Assembly: GCF_018350175.1 (NCBI RefSeq) | Contig: NC_058368.1 | Coordinates: 25,112,001-25,176,000 of the forward strand | DNA: 64,000 nucleotides | DNA from: Felis catus | Lineage: Eukaryota | Direction: 5' to 3' | Shown here: positions 24,296 through 35,952 of the stretch, piece after piece | Position numbering within the stretch: position 1 is the stretch's first letter | How the letters are laid out: every line of letters starts with the position of its first letter | The notes under the pieces: model-generated | Database searches by the model: none | What the model was told of the DNA's origin: nothing | The model's input: only the letters and a program-made list of their open reading frames with translations | Position numbers and translations under genes: made by a program

Positions 24296-24639
24296 TGCCG
24301 TTATTATCGCTCTTACGCATAGATAGCAGCCCTTTGCACTTTGGCAAGCAGGCCTGATCAGAATGGAAACCGTAAAGTAAGTGAAATTAACCTTTGGTCC
24401 TTTCCACCCCTTCCCCCCAGACCCCCAAGCTCCCAAAACTCATTTGGTGGCAAAATCGGACCTGAGGTCAAGGGAGCCTAGCAACAGACTTCATCTGAGT
24501 GTGAAACTCATCCAATGTTGCTGCTCAAGTTCCATGTGTGTGATGTGGGGGCCTAGGTGCCCAGGTGTTTGGTCAATCACTAGTCTCGAAGTTGCTGTGA
24601 AGGTAAATTTAATATGATTAATGCCGGCAATCAGCTGTT

Positions 24640-24861
24640 TTTTTCTATTTACTTATTTACTTATTTATTTATGTAATGTGTATCTATTTTTGAGAGAGAG
24701 AGAGAGTGGGGGAAGGGCAGAGAGAGGGGGCAGAGGATCCAAAGCAGGCTCTGCACTCACGGCAGAGAACCTGATTGCGGGGCTCTTGAATTCATGAACC
24801 ATGAGATCATGATCTGAGCCTAAAGTCAGATGCTTAACACACTGAGCCACCCAGGCGCCCC
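24640..24861 (-). mobile_element. Carnivore SINE (nested cluster, 1 of 3)
   Basis: Reverse SINE ending ctgagccacccaggcgcccc. Confidence 0.9.
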
Positions 24862-24884
24862 GTTATTTTTAATTACTTATTTTA

Positions 24885-25123
24885 AATTTTTCTTCTTTTG
24901 TTTTTAATTTTGTTTTTGAGAGAGGGAATGAGAGAGCAAGAGAGAGAGACAGAACGTGAGCAGGGGAGGAGCAGAGAGAAAGAGGGAGACACAGAATCCG
25001 AAGCAGGCTCCGAGCCCTGAGCCATCAGCACAGAGCCCGACACAGGGCCCAAACCCACAAACTGTGAGATCGCAACTAGAGCCGAGGTCAGGCGCTTAAC
25101 CAACCGAGCCACCCTGGTGCCCC
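24885..25123 (-). mobile_element. Cat SINE (nested cluster, 2 of 3)
   Basis: Reverse SINEC_Fc2-type body. Confidence 0.9.
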
Positions 25124-25228
25124 TAAGATTTTCGTTTTAAGTAAACTCCATGCCACATGTGGGGCTCGAACTCACAACCCCGAGATCAAGAGTCATATGC
25201 TCTACCGACTGAGCCCGCCAGGCACCCC
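25124..25228 (-). mobile_element. Older short carnivore SINE (nested cluster, 3 of 3)
   Basis: gtggggctcgaactcacaaccccgagatcaagagtcatatgctctaccgactgagc; tcagctg flanks the cluster on both sides. Confidence 0.85.
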
Positions 25229-25284
25229 TCAGCTGACTTTAAATCAAGGAGATTGCAATCAATAATACGGGTGGGCCTCTGAAC

Positions 25285-25640
25285 TGTTGTGCTCAGGCTG
25301 TCACAGTAAAAGACCACAGACCGGGGAGCTTCAGCAGCAGAAATTTATATCTCAAGGCTCAAAACCCAAGATTGAGGGGTCAATAGGTTTGGTTTCTCCT
25401 GAGGCCTCTCTCCTTTGCTCGCAGATGGCCTCCCTCTTCCTGAGTCCTCACATGGCCTTTTCTCTGCACATCCCTCCCTGGTGTTCCTTCCTTTTCCAAT
25501 AAGGATGCCAGTCCGGTTGGATGAGGGCCCCAACCCTGTGACCTCATCTAATCTGAATTACGTCTTGAGAGATCCTATTTCCAAATACAGTTAGACCCTA
25601 AACAGAAGCATTCTGGGAGGACACAATTCAGTCCACGTCA
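25285..25640 (-). mobile_element. MaLR LTR (MLT1A/B-like)
   Basis: cagaaatttat...gtttctcctgaggcctctctcc...cctatttccaaatacagt...ggacacaattcagtcca. Confidence 0.75.
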
Positions 25641-27156
25641 TTCTCCCCCAGTCAGTTGAAGGCCTTAAGAGGAAATATCGAGGATTCTCGAAGAAGGTGG
25701 AATTTTGCCTCCAGACTACAACATAGCAATCCTGCCTCAGTTTCCAGCCTTCCATCCTGTGCTGCAAATTTTGGACTTACCAGCCCCTACAATCCCATAA
25801 ACCAATTCCTTAAATCCAATCTCTTTATGCCTGTCTGTCTCGATCTATCTCACACGTATGCGGTATATAACTCAGGGTAGAATGGACTGGGGCTGAATGT
25901 GGGCCAATGGTGACTCTCCAGAGTAGCTCACTGAACCGAAGTCCTTAATCAGTAGGGCCTGTCTTTTGAAAGTGAGCCCCATTTGAGCCAGTGGAAACCC
26001 TTCTGTGTAATTTGCCTAGAAAACACATTTTCTCAGTCTCCGGTGATCAGTCCTTCCTGCCACTTTCTCTTGTCCGTGGGACTTCCAAATGATCTCAGTT
26101 GTAACTCCGAGCTACTAATTAAGTCCGTTAAACACAGTGAGTTTTCTGCCTCCAGCAGTGCTATAGAAATCGAGGGTTTTGCTGGTAAGTGACTAATCTG
26201 CCTGAATATATTAATTGTTGCGTGAACTGCTAGAGCTGTGAGAACAGTCTAAAATCATCCTAAGAATACCTTGATAATGAAACATCTCCTCCGTGATTGC
26301 CCTTTTCATGGTCAGAAGAACGTGTCCTACCCAAAAGAAAGCCTCCACCTGTATCAACACAAGCGTATCAAAAACAGAATGCATGGGTGTGCTTTCGTAT
26401 TTGTCTCTGTGAGGACTGGCTGGGGTGTCTTACAGCAGTGACCTCCCCCAATCCCCAAAAGTGCCCGGTGAATGTCCAGTGAATGAACAAACAAACGTCC
26501 TTCCTCTCCCCTCCCCTCCATCCTTGATTTTGTTTTGAATGAAGGGGAATAGCTCCTTGGCTACAGGTAGTGCCCTTAGGTCTTGCGAGAAAAGTTTGGG
26601 GGAGCCGTTTAAGATAGAGTCCGGAAGAACTCCTGCTGGGGCAGCCACTCAGACACCCCATTTTGCCAACTGAAAACCCCGCCCCGTGCCGCCCTGGCAA
26701 TCTGTGGCCAAGGTCAGAACAGGAGTTCTTCCTTGCAAACGTTCAAGTGATGGAGGCTTCGCCATTAGGAGCAGTTTGAGGGGGAGCTAAAACTCACCTC
26801 CCTGGGTGGGAGCAGACACATGAAAACTTTCAGAGAGGAAAGGTCGAGCCGGTCCTCCAGCAAGAGGGCACCATCTAGAGACAGAGAGAGACAGTGAGAG
26901 ACCAAGGAGCCAGTGACTGGCAAGAGCCGTCTAAGCATCGGGCGGAATGGTGAGCTGTTCAGGTCCTGGCATCTGGAGGGCAGGTGTGAGCTGGGCAGGG
27001 GGCCAAGGACACTCTGTGGAAGATCTGAAGTCCTGGGATGAACTGCGCCTCTCTCACAGTGATTTGGAGGCAATCTTGGGCCAAGGTCATGTGCCAGTGA
27101 GGCAGGGAAGTACAACCCGCGGAGGCAGGGGCCTTGGGAAGAGCATCCGAGGTGGG

Positions 27157-27385
27157 AAAAGTGGTCAGGTGGCTTTGGAGACCGATAGGCCTGGGTTCAA
27201 ATTCCAGTTCCAGCGTATTTCTTGCCATATGGCTCTGGGTGCGTTCCTTACCTTCTTTGAACCTGTGTTCTACCGAGTGGGATTTAACCACGTCTCACAA
27301 GGCTGATGTGAAGATTTAGGAGAAAATACGTGCAAATTGGTAAAGTGCTGTGCTCGGTGCATGGTGGGTAACAAGTGCTCACAAC
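27157..27385 (+). mobile_element. MIR
   Basis: ggcctgggttcaaattccagttcc...taccttctttgaacctgtgtt...aagtgctcacaa. Confidence 0.65.
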
Positions 27386-27434
27386 GTGAGTGTCCTTTCA
27401 TCCTTTCTCCTGCTCTGATTTCCTCCAGGCTCAC

Positions 27435-27437
<3 letters not shown>

Positions 27438-27470
<33 letters not shown>
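27438..27470. repeat. (CA)n microsatellite
   Basis: About 16 AC units. Confidence 0.95.
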
Positions 27471-27472
<2 letters not shown>

Positions 27473-28103
27473 CAATGAAAAAATTCTTAGTTTTAAAGGA
27501 GTACCGTTCTTACCTTAGGAGCCTTTAGACATGTCTTCCAACTTTTTTGGTTACAGACCACAGTCAGAAATGCATCTGAACAAAACCACGTGTGGGCTGG
27601 TGGTGGAGAATGGGTGCAAGCACCGAGCTGCACCCCGTCACGTAGAACATGCAGGAATCACAGACCCAACAGCCCTCTCCTGCGTGCCAGAGAAACCCCT
27701 CTGTAGGCATGCCGGGGAAATGAGGGAGAAGGTTCCGGAGCAGCACTGTTTGTAAACACCCAATCTGGAATGACTCTCGTGTCCACCAGCCCCAGGATGG
27801 TGCCGGTATCATGGTGCAATCTTACGAAGAAAGCTACACGCCAGTGAGATGCTTGAGCTACAAGTGAACGTGCCGACGAGAGAAAAATCTCAGGAACACA
27901 GCCTTGAGGGGAAGAAGCAAATCCCAGGAGAATCCTTAGGAAGAGCTCAAAGGCAGACCAAACTCACTGTTCTTCCTGATGTAGATGTGGGGGGCAAAAC
28001 TGTGACCAAAGCCAGGGGACGATTACTGTAAAAGTCAGGAGTGCGGCTGCTTCTGGGGGCCGGGAAGGGGAATGAGGTGAGGAGGGTCAGACAGACGGTT
28101 TCT

Positions 28104-28323
28104 TTTCAAATTTTTTATGTTTTATTTATTTTTGAGAGCAAGAGAGACAGAGCACGAGCGGGGGAGGGGCAGAGAGAGAGAGGGAGACAGAATCTGAAAC
28201 AGGCTCCAAGCTCTGAGCTGTCAGCACAGAGTCCGACATGACACGGGGCTTGAACTCACAGACCGCAAGATCACAACGTGCTCCAAGTTGGACGCTTAAC
28301 CGACGGAGCCGCCCAGGTGCCCC
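28104..28323 (-). mobile_element. Cat SINE inserted in an old L1 fragment
   Basis: Perfect TSD cagacagacggtttct at 28088-28103 and 28324-28339. Confidence 0.95.
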
Positions 28324-30432
28324 CAGACAGACGGTTTCTAAGGTCTCAGCTCTGTCCTCGTTCCCAGTCACAGCGGGGGAAACTTAGGAGTTGGTCTATT
28401 GAGTCTTGAGAATAGAAATTGTATATATGCTGCTGGGGGTTTAATAATACGTCACAGCTAAAATAAAGGTTAAAAAATAAACAGAAATACATTCGTGCCC
28501 CCACATCAGTACACACGTTTATGTATCTATGTGCGTGTGTTTATACCAAAATGAAAATTTCACGAAGAAACCAACCTTTGTTACGGGCTGTGTACTCCTG
28601 TACGTCTACTCTATTCTCTTTGGTTCGATTCTATTTTCTAATGCAGTTGTAACCTACTAAACTGATTTCAGAAGCCCCTAGTGGATCATGACCACTGTTT
28701 AAGAACATTGCCTCAGCCTGATGATACATACCAACATTCCCCCTTGCCCAGATGCGAAAGGCTGTTTGAAATATTTGGCAAAGCCCAAAGTGGCAAAGAC
28801 AGACCTTGTTCTCGGAAGGGATTTACCGCTTTTGATCAGCCATTTGCATTTCAATGGCACAGCTTTTCCTCTGGGAAGCCTTGGGGGGGGGGGGAAGGGG
28901 GGGAAGTGACTGCTGGTTATGGTGCTGCCAAATCAGTCACCCTTGTCATGGGATTCGAACAGCTGAGGAAGGAGAAGGCTGAATGCAACAGTTTGGAGGC
29001 TGCGTCCCTGGGGTGCAATAACAGTGTTTCCAAGAGACAAACCAAAGCGCATCATCAGGAAATACACAATGGACGCTACGTACCTAGGCAGCGGGGAGTG
29101 AGAATTGCAGCCGTGCATCTAAAGGACAGGAATGCTGAGATAAAAATGGAGTGGAACAGGGCATCCCCTAGAAGAGCATTTTGTTCAGTCGCTGCCCTGT
29201 GGTGGCTGGCAAATCATGTGGAGGGAGCAGCTTGCGGGTGAGGGAGCTGCTCGCTGGCCAGATAACAGAGCGGCAGTAGGAACAATCGACTGACAACCGG
29301 TGAGCACTCCTTTAGGGTCCGAATGACTCGGAATGTTCCTCTCCAGTGCTTCAGCGTCAGCGCTGCTTTTAAGGTTGAGCGTGACCCTGGACAGAACCAG
29401 CCAGCGCCCACAGCTCAGATCCACGTGAATCAAGCATTTGCTCTAAGAGACCAAACACCTGCTTCGAAGAGCTCACGCTTTTCGGGACCCCTGAAAGGGT
29501 TCCGCCTTCTGGCTTTCCTGGAGACTCCGAAGCTCAGCAAATGGTGACGTCCTCGCAGGTTCTAGAACCCAGACTAGAGTGGGAGCTGGGAGCCAACGGG
29601 GTGCTGTCCCCGGGGGCCCCACCCCATCTAGCAAAATCCCATATGGGCTATTTCAGATGGCCTCTGCCGTGGGCTAGTATCAGGCCCCTTCTCCAGAGAT
29701 TGGCCAGGGTTGGTTAGGCTCCGGGGGCATGTAAGTTCTTTGGGACATTCTGTTTAAGCCTTGAGAAGGTAAGTGGATGGAACATACAGGTGTTACTATG
29801 GGAGGGGTCAGAGTTAACTGCTGCCCTGTCCCCGCCCTGAACCTCGAGAAGCCAGAGCAGAGATTCTGATAAATACCTGGCTGAGAGATAGGATCAGAAC
29901 TGCCAGGAGGCAAGGAAATCATGTGGGCTCCAAATGATCTCTGTAGTGCTGTCAGGGTGGTCGGAGTCCCCCCTAATCATAGGGGTGGGTTGCGGTAAGA
30001 CGAGGGCAGGAATGAGAGAAAATGAGAAAGAAGAAATGACAGAACTCTCACGTTCCTCTCTTTTCTTGACAATCACTGAAAATTGCTAGCCAGAACAATA
30101 AAACTTAGGTTCCCAGATCCTTTTCATCCCAGCACTTCTCTCCCTAAGTAGGAAGGAGAAATGTTCTGCATATTATTGGCGCTCTATGCACACTGTATCG
30201 TCTTACGTGCAGAGGCCAAGACTATCCCCAGGTGAAGTCAGTCCACATGTACTCAGGGCCTTCCTTTTGCATCAGGGTATACGGCAATGCAGGAACTTCA
30301 GAACCTTCCGTCCTCTGAAAGAAACCATGAGGGAGGATCTGCTGAGATGCTTGGAAAAGTATCGCCTCCATCCCTAGAAAATTGTTAATGCTTCTTTGTT
30401 TGTGTGGTGGATAGAAGGCTGCAATATTGCAG

Positions 30433-30434
<2 letters not shown>

Positions 30435-30469
<35 letters not shown>
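30435..30469. repeat. (TG)n microsatellite
   Basis: About 17 TG units. Confidence 0.95.
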
Positions 30470-30470
<1 letters not shown>

Positions 30471-31963
30471 ATCTGCTTGCATGCACATGTGTTTGTCCAC
30501 AAACTGGAGACAGAGAGAGTAAGCTTCTGAGAAAGACCAGAAAGGAATGGAAACATAGTCTGTTAAGCAAATGTTGACATAACCAAGAGCCAGAAATCAC
30601 CTTGCAGCTTTTAGCTCACGGGGGGGCCCTCTCCCCAACAGCTCCGGCTCTTGGCTCTTCGCCCAGTCTCTTGATCAGTCATGCCTGCTTCTAACCTACT
30701 TCATATAAAAGACACATATATACATTTTAGGTGGCCCCTACAAAGGAAAATTAAGGTTTGAGAAGCTTTATGGAACAAAGACAATGTTTCACAGTAAGTA
30801 CACATTTCTTGATCACAACAGAAATTCAGCTGCTGTGGGTTTTTCTTATCCTACTTGTAAATGCGTCCAGAGGGTACTAAGCCATGAGCACATCCAATAA
30901 CTCTAATAATTGCATAATAAATAAGCATCGAGTCAGCACAGACTGTGTGAGGGAGCGAGGCCAACAGGCTGGAGCAGCACTTCCCCGTGTGGCACACAGG
31001 CAGGTTGATACAGATCAAGGAGGAAGTGTTAGGACAGCCCTCTATAGATTTCCTGACCTTGGCATTTGTCCAGGACGCGCAGCTGCAAACAAACTCCTAA
31101 ATGCACACGTAGCACACGCCGCCGACCTCCTTGCAGCTCTAAATGAGCCTGCTGAAAATGTGCTTGTTTTCGCGTGGGCTTAAGACAGCCACTGGCAGCT
31201 GCAGGGCAATTGCCTGGAGTACTTAGACCATCACAAAATTGGATGGCTTCTGACTTCAGCATCAATCAGTTGCTTCCCCGGATTAAAAAAAAAAAAAAAA
31301 AAGTGTGTGTATGGCAGGGGGAAGGGGCGGTGGTGGAATTAAGTTATGGGGTTAGAAGAATTAGCATAATGGAAGGAAATGAGCTACACAAAGTGTATGA
31401 ATTCACCGCCATATATAACTCACTCCCGGAAATTTTTTTTTTTTCCTTTATGATTCCTGGCAGATTTGGCCCGATGATTTGGGGCATGTCTGAGGCTCCA
31501 TCTGAATCTGACGTAAGGGAGAGTGGAGTTCCTTCACTAAAGAAAGGTCTACAGGGAGTCTGCGAGTTGGGAAGGCATAGCCTGGACATGTGATGGAATG
31601 TGTAGCTCACGCTTGTTGGGGGAACCCAAGGAGGGGGTCCTACCTAATCACAGGGCCAGCCCCCCTCTCCCAGGAGCTGCCAGCAGGGACACCATGGCCC
31701 TTTTAATAAAAACACTTAGAACTTACCTGTGCCTGTGCTCCTTGGGAGCCTACAAGAGGGAAAGAGGCATGGGGCCAGCAAATTATTGTACATTCTATTA
31801 ATGTTACTAGCATGTCCTTCAAAGGAGGGACAGAGCACCAGGATATCATTAGAAATGGAAGGCGTAGTTTCTGTTTGAGTCCACAATGTAAAACTATACT
31901 ATGAAAACAGTTCTATGGATATGCATATATTGATCTAACAGTTCCCTGTATTCATTTTAAAAA

Positions 31964-32186
31964 TTTTTTAATGTTTGTTTATTTTTGAAGGAGAGAGAGA
32001 GAGAGACAGAGAGCGAATGGGGGAGGGGCAGGAAGAGAGGGAGACACGGAATCTGAAGCAGGCTCCAGGCTCTGAGCTGGCAGCACGGAACCTGACACGG
32101 GGCTTGAACTCACGAAGCTGCAACATCATGACCTGAGCTGAAATCAAGAGTCAGAGGCTTAACCGACTGAGCCACTCACATGCCCC
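31964..32186 (-). mobile_element. Cat SINE (3' member of composite insertion)
   Basis: Reverse SINE; shares an outer TSD with 32253-32472. Confidence 0.9.
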
Positions 32187-32252
32187 TAGCCTGACTACTT
32201 TTGAGATCACAAGATTCTTGATGTAATCCACTCCTCTTATTCTCTCTTGTGG

Positions 32253-32472
32253 TTTTTTTTTTCTTCTTTTTTTAATCTTTGTTTATTTTTGAGAGAGAGA
32301 CACAGCGTGTACTGGGGAGGGGCAGAGAGAGAGGGAGACACGGAATCCGAAGCAGGCTCCAGGCTCTGAGCTGTCAGCACACAGCCTGATGTGGGGCTTG
32401 AACTCACGAGTTGTGAGATCATGACCTGGGCCAAAGTCGGACGCTTAACCAGCTGAGTCACCCAGGCGCCCC
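32253..32472 (-). mobile_element. Cat SINE (5' member of composite insertion)
   Basis: Reverse SINE; outer TSD at 31942-31959 and 32473-32490. Confidence 0.9.
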
Positions 32473-33084
32473 TTCCTTGTATACATTTTACACACTCAGC
32501 ATAGTACTATGTACACAGGGCCTTTGGCTGATGATTGGAGGAAGAGGAGAAGGAGAAAGGGGAGGAAGAGATGTTGATGATGATGATGATGCCTTGGAAC
32601 GGCTTGGTGCAATCTTCTGTAAATGATCTATGCTAGATATTATAATCTATGAAAAAACACTTTACTGTTCAGTCCAAAAACTCTAGGAGTATTGTACCTT
32701 GCAGTGTTGGGAGTGTAATAGTTGAATAACAAATACCTATGGGTTGATCTTATGAATCCATTTAATAGGTTGTAAGTGGAAAGATTAAGCCTGCTCCACT
32801 GTCAGCTTATTACCAGTGGGGGTCAGAGAGAAACTGACTAGGCAGAGTCCCAGAATAATGGCACGTCCTTGAATGAGTCCATTGGATTCCTAGCTAAATT
32901 CACCTTTTCTACCATGAGGGGAAGAGTAAAGCATCAAAGCAGTGACGTCAAGGATACCAGAGCCAACTCCTTCCTTGAGAAGGGGGAATCACACACATCC
33001 ATTAAACCATTGGGAGACTGAAAATCAACTTTCTTTTTTGAGAGCTCCAACTTCTTGTTCTGTCAGTAGAAATGAGTAAATGTA

Positions 33085-33289
33085 GGGGCGCCTGGGTGGC
33101 GCAGTCGGTTAAGCGTCCGACTTCAGCCAGGTCACGATCTCGCGGTCCGTGAGTTCGAGCCCCGCGTCAGGCTCTGGGCTGATGGCTCAGAGCCTGGAGC
33201 CTGTTTCCGATTCTGTGTCTCCCTCTCTCTCTGCCCCACCCCCGTTCATGCTCTGTCTCTCTCTGTCCCCCCAAAAATAAATAAACGTT
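33085..33289 (+). mobile_element. Young cat SINE lacking its terminal poly(A)
   Basis: Perfect TSD gaaatgagtaaatgt at 33069-33083 and 33290-33304 directly after aaacgtt. Confidence 0.95.
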
Positions 33290-34684
33290 GAAATGAGTAA
33301 ATGTGGAATGCCTACTGTTCATTCATCCATTCATGCATTTGTTCATTCAATGATTTTGTTTTTTAATATATACTGAACATCTGCTGGGTACCGTTCATGA
33401 TCAATGCCAACCCAATTGAGAAACTGTCAGTGCCCTCAGGGAACTCACAAGCTAGTAAGAGTTTAAGAAGTATTCATATATAACTACAACACGAGGCAAG
33501 ATAAGGTGACCGTCTTGAGAGAGACAGTAAAGGCTAGTCGATGCTCTGGGAGGGTAGAGATACGGCAAGAGAACAATCTATGACCTCCATTGTTGTATGA
33601 GAGTGGGGACAGGGAAGAGGCCCTTCAGGAAGCTGGAGCCAACCTGACACTCCAGATAAATGGATGGCATGTCATCCTTCCTCCCCACAGCCTCCTGGTC
33701 TACCCATCCTGACTCACTAGTTGTTGCCTTTTTGCGAAACAGAGTGGCGTTTGTGATCCTGCTTTGTGTTTCGGGATCTAGAAGCCGGAGGCTACCTCAA
33801 GGGGTCTTAACATTTGTGCAGTCAGGAGACAAAAATCTCTCATTACAGCTCAACAGCCCAAAAGAAGGGCAGGGTAACATGATTACATGCCGATTTTCTG
33901 CCACAGTATCCAACCTGCTAAGTGTTTTCTGGGTTACCTACACAGGCACTCAGGGTGAAGTGTCCCCGCGTTATCGAGAAGTAACATCATTTCAAGCCCT
34001 GCCACGGCATACACTAAAAATATCAGACCTCATGATCCGCCCAAAGGAAGGAAACTATCAGCCCTCCTTATGGAAGTACATACCCACCTGTCAAGGTTTT
34101 CTCAGTGTAACCTTGGGTTCTATTTCTGACTTCAGGTTTTAGCATTAACCCCAGAACCTTCTTGAAGAGTTCATGTTAGCAAACCTCCAAGAATTACAGT
34201 CCTTATGATAATACAGGTGCCAGGGTGTCTTTGGGGGCATCAGGTAAATGGCTGCTTTACCTTGCAATGGCTCACAATCTAGATTCTTCAGAAAGAGCTG
34301 TCCAGGGTGGGCGTCTGCTAATAGTTTCTTTTTTACAGAAGAGAGAAAATCAATCTGAGGGGGATACATTCAGCACTGATGTCAAAATGCCAATGGAAGG
34401 TGAAAAATAACAGAAGTAATGTTGAGGACAATTTTCCTCCCCAGATGTCATGATGATCTTCTAGAATTCACAGCACTCCCCCTTCTAATCAAGAACGGGC
34501 AAATTGCAGAGCGGTAAATATTATCTAAGGAAGGCATTTCCCCCCTTATTTTTTCAGGTATACAAGTAATCATATGTTCAGTGTAGAAAAATAGAAAACA
34601 CAGATAAGTAAGAAGAAATAAAACAACCAACCAAAATTCTACTACCCAGAGAAAATCACTGTAAATATTTTGGTGTATATCCAC

Positions 34685-35074
34685 TGCTATCAATCGAAAA
34701 TTTATGTCCCGCCCCCGCCCCCCCCCCCCCCACTCCAGGTCCAAATTCATTATGTTGAAACCCTAACCTCCAGTGTGATTAGGAGGTAGGGCCTTTGGGA
34801 AATGATAAGGCCATGAGGGTGGAACCCTCATGAATGAGAATAGCGCCCTTATAGAACAGACCCCAGAGCTCCCTCCTCTCTTCCCCCATGTGAGGACACC
34901 GGAAAAAGACTACCATCTATGAATCAGGAAGTGGGTCCTTGCTAGACAATGAACTTGCTCATGCCTTGATCTTGGACTTCCCAGCCTTTGGAACCATGAG
35001 AAAAACATTTCTGTGGTTGATTAAGTCACCTTGTCTATGGTATTCTACCACAGAAGCCCAAATGTACTAAGACA
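34685..35074 (+). mobile_element. MaLR solo LTR (MLT1A0-like)
   Basis: tatgttgaaaccctaacc...ggtagggcctttggga...ccttgatcttggacttcccagcct...actaagaca. Confidence 0.85.
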
Positions 35075-35156
35075 TCTCATCAAAACTTTTCCATATGTTT
35101 GTGTGTGTTTATTTTTTAATGGAATTAATGCTATATTTAATACTTACTGATTCACT

Positions 35157-35373
35157 GGGGCACCTGCGTAGCTCTGTCGGGTTAAGCTTCCGACTTTGGC
35201 TCAGGCCATGATCTCATGGTTCACAAGTTTAGAGCCCCACGTTGTGTTCCATGCCGACAGCTCAGAGCCTGGAGCCTGCTTCAGATTCTGTGTCTCCCTC
35301 TCTCTCTGCCCCTTTCCTGCTCACACTCTGTCTCTCTCTGTGTGTCTCAAAAATAAATAAAAACATTAAAAAA
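35157..35373 (+). mobile_element. Cat SINE (SINEC_Fc2 type)
   Basis: Full SINE body with A tail. Confidence 0.9.
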
Positions 35374-35484
35374 TACTAGTGATCTACTTGTCCTAATATA
35401 TTATGAATATCTTTATATATTTTTATATGCACACATGTACATCATTTTATTATCTTTAATGGTCAAATAATTCTGTTTTCTTTC

Positions 35485-35707
35485 TTTTCAAAAAATTTTT
35501 GTATGTTTATTTATTTTTGAGGGAGAGAGAGAGACAGAGCACAAGCAGAGGGAGGGGCAGAGAGAGAGGGAGACTCAGAATCTGAAGCAGGCTCCAGGCT
35601 CTAAGCTGCCAGCATAGAGCCTGACGTGGGGCTCAAACCCATGAGTTGTGAGATCATGACCTGAGCCGAAGTTGGACACTTAGCTGACTAAGCCACCCAG
35701 GTGCCCC
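35485..35707 (-). mobile_element. Cat SINE
   Basis: Flanked by aaataattct(g/a)ttttc at 35465 and 35709. Confidence 0.9.
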
Positions 35708-35724
35708 TAAATAATTCTATTTTC

Positions 35725-35780
35725 TTTTTCTTTTCTTTTTTTTTTTAATTTTTTAATGTTTCTTTATTTTTGAGGTAGGG

Positions 35781-35827
<47 letters not shown>

Positions 35828-35952
35828 TCTGAAGCAGGCTCCAAGCTCCAAGCTGTCAGCACAGAGCCCGACGCAGGGCTTGAACCCAGAAGCTGTGAGA
35901 TATGACCTGAGCCAAAGTTGGCCCCTTAACCAACTGAGCCACCCAGTGACCC
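35725..35952 (-). mobile_element. Cat SINE with internal (CA)n expansion
   Basis: Flanked by aaataattctattt at 35709 and 35953; (AC)n at 35786-35824. Confidence 0.9.

Larger units (their letters stand above)
24540..25830 (+). mobile_element. ERVL MLT2-like LTR, split by three SINEs and an MLT1 LTR
   Basis: MLT2 segments at 24540-24637, 25229-25280 and 25650-25830 join colinearly and resemble the MLT2 at 37246-37721. Confidence 0.7.

Noticed and set aside
26858..26871. CTCF-like motif CAGCAAGAGGGCAC (another near 52518)
   Set aside because: Mismatch in the core; such matches are common and cannot be supported without ChIP data.
28681..29241. 186-aa ORF
   Set aside because: GTG start inside a DNA-transposon-like remnant, runs through a poly-G, no recognisable similarity.
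33660..34142. 160-aa ATG ORF
   Set aside because: No recognisable family, no poly(A) or TSD for a retrogene, no promoter; a TBLASTN search would settle it.
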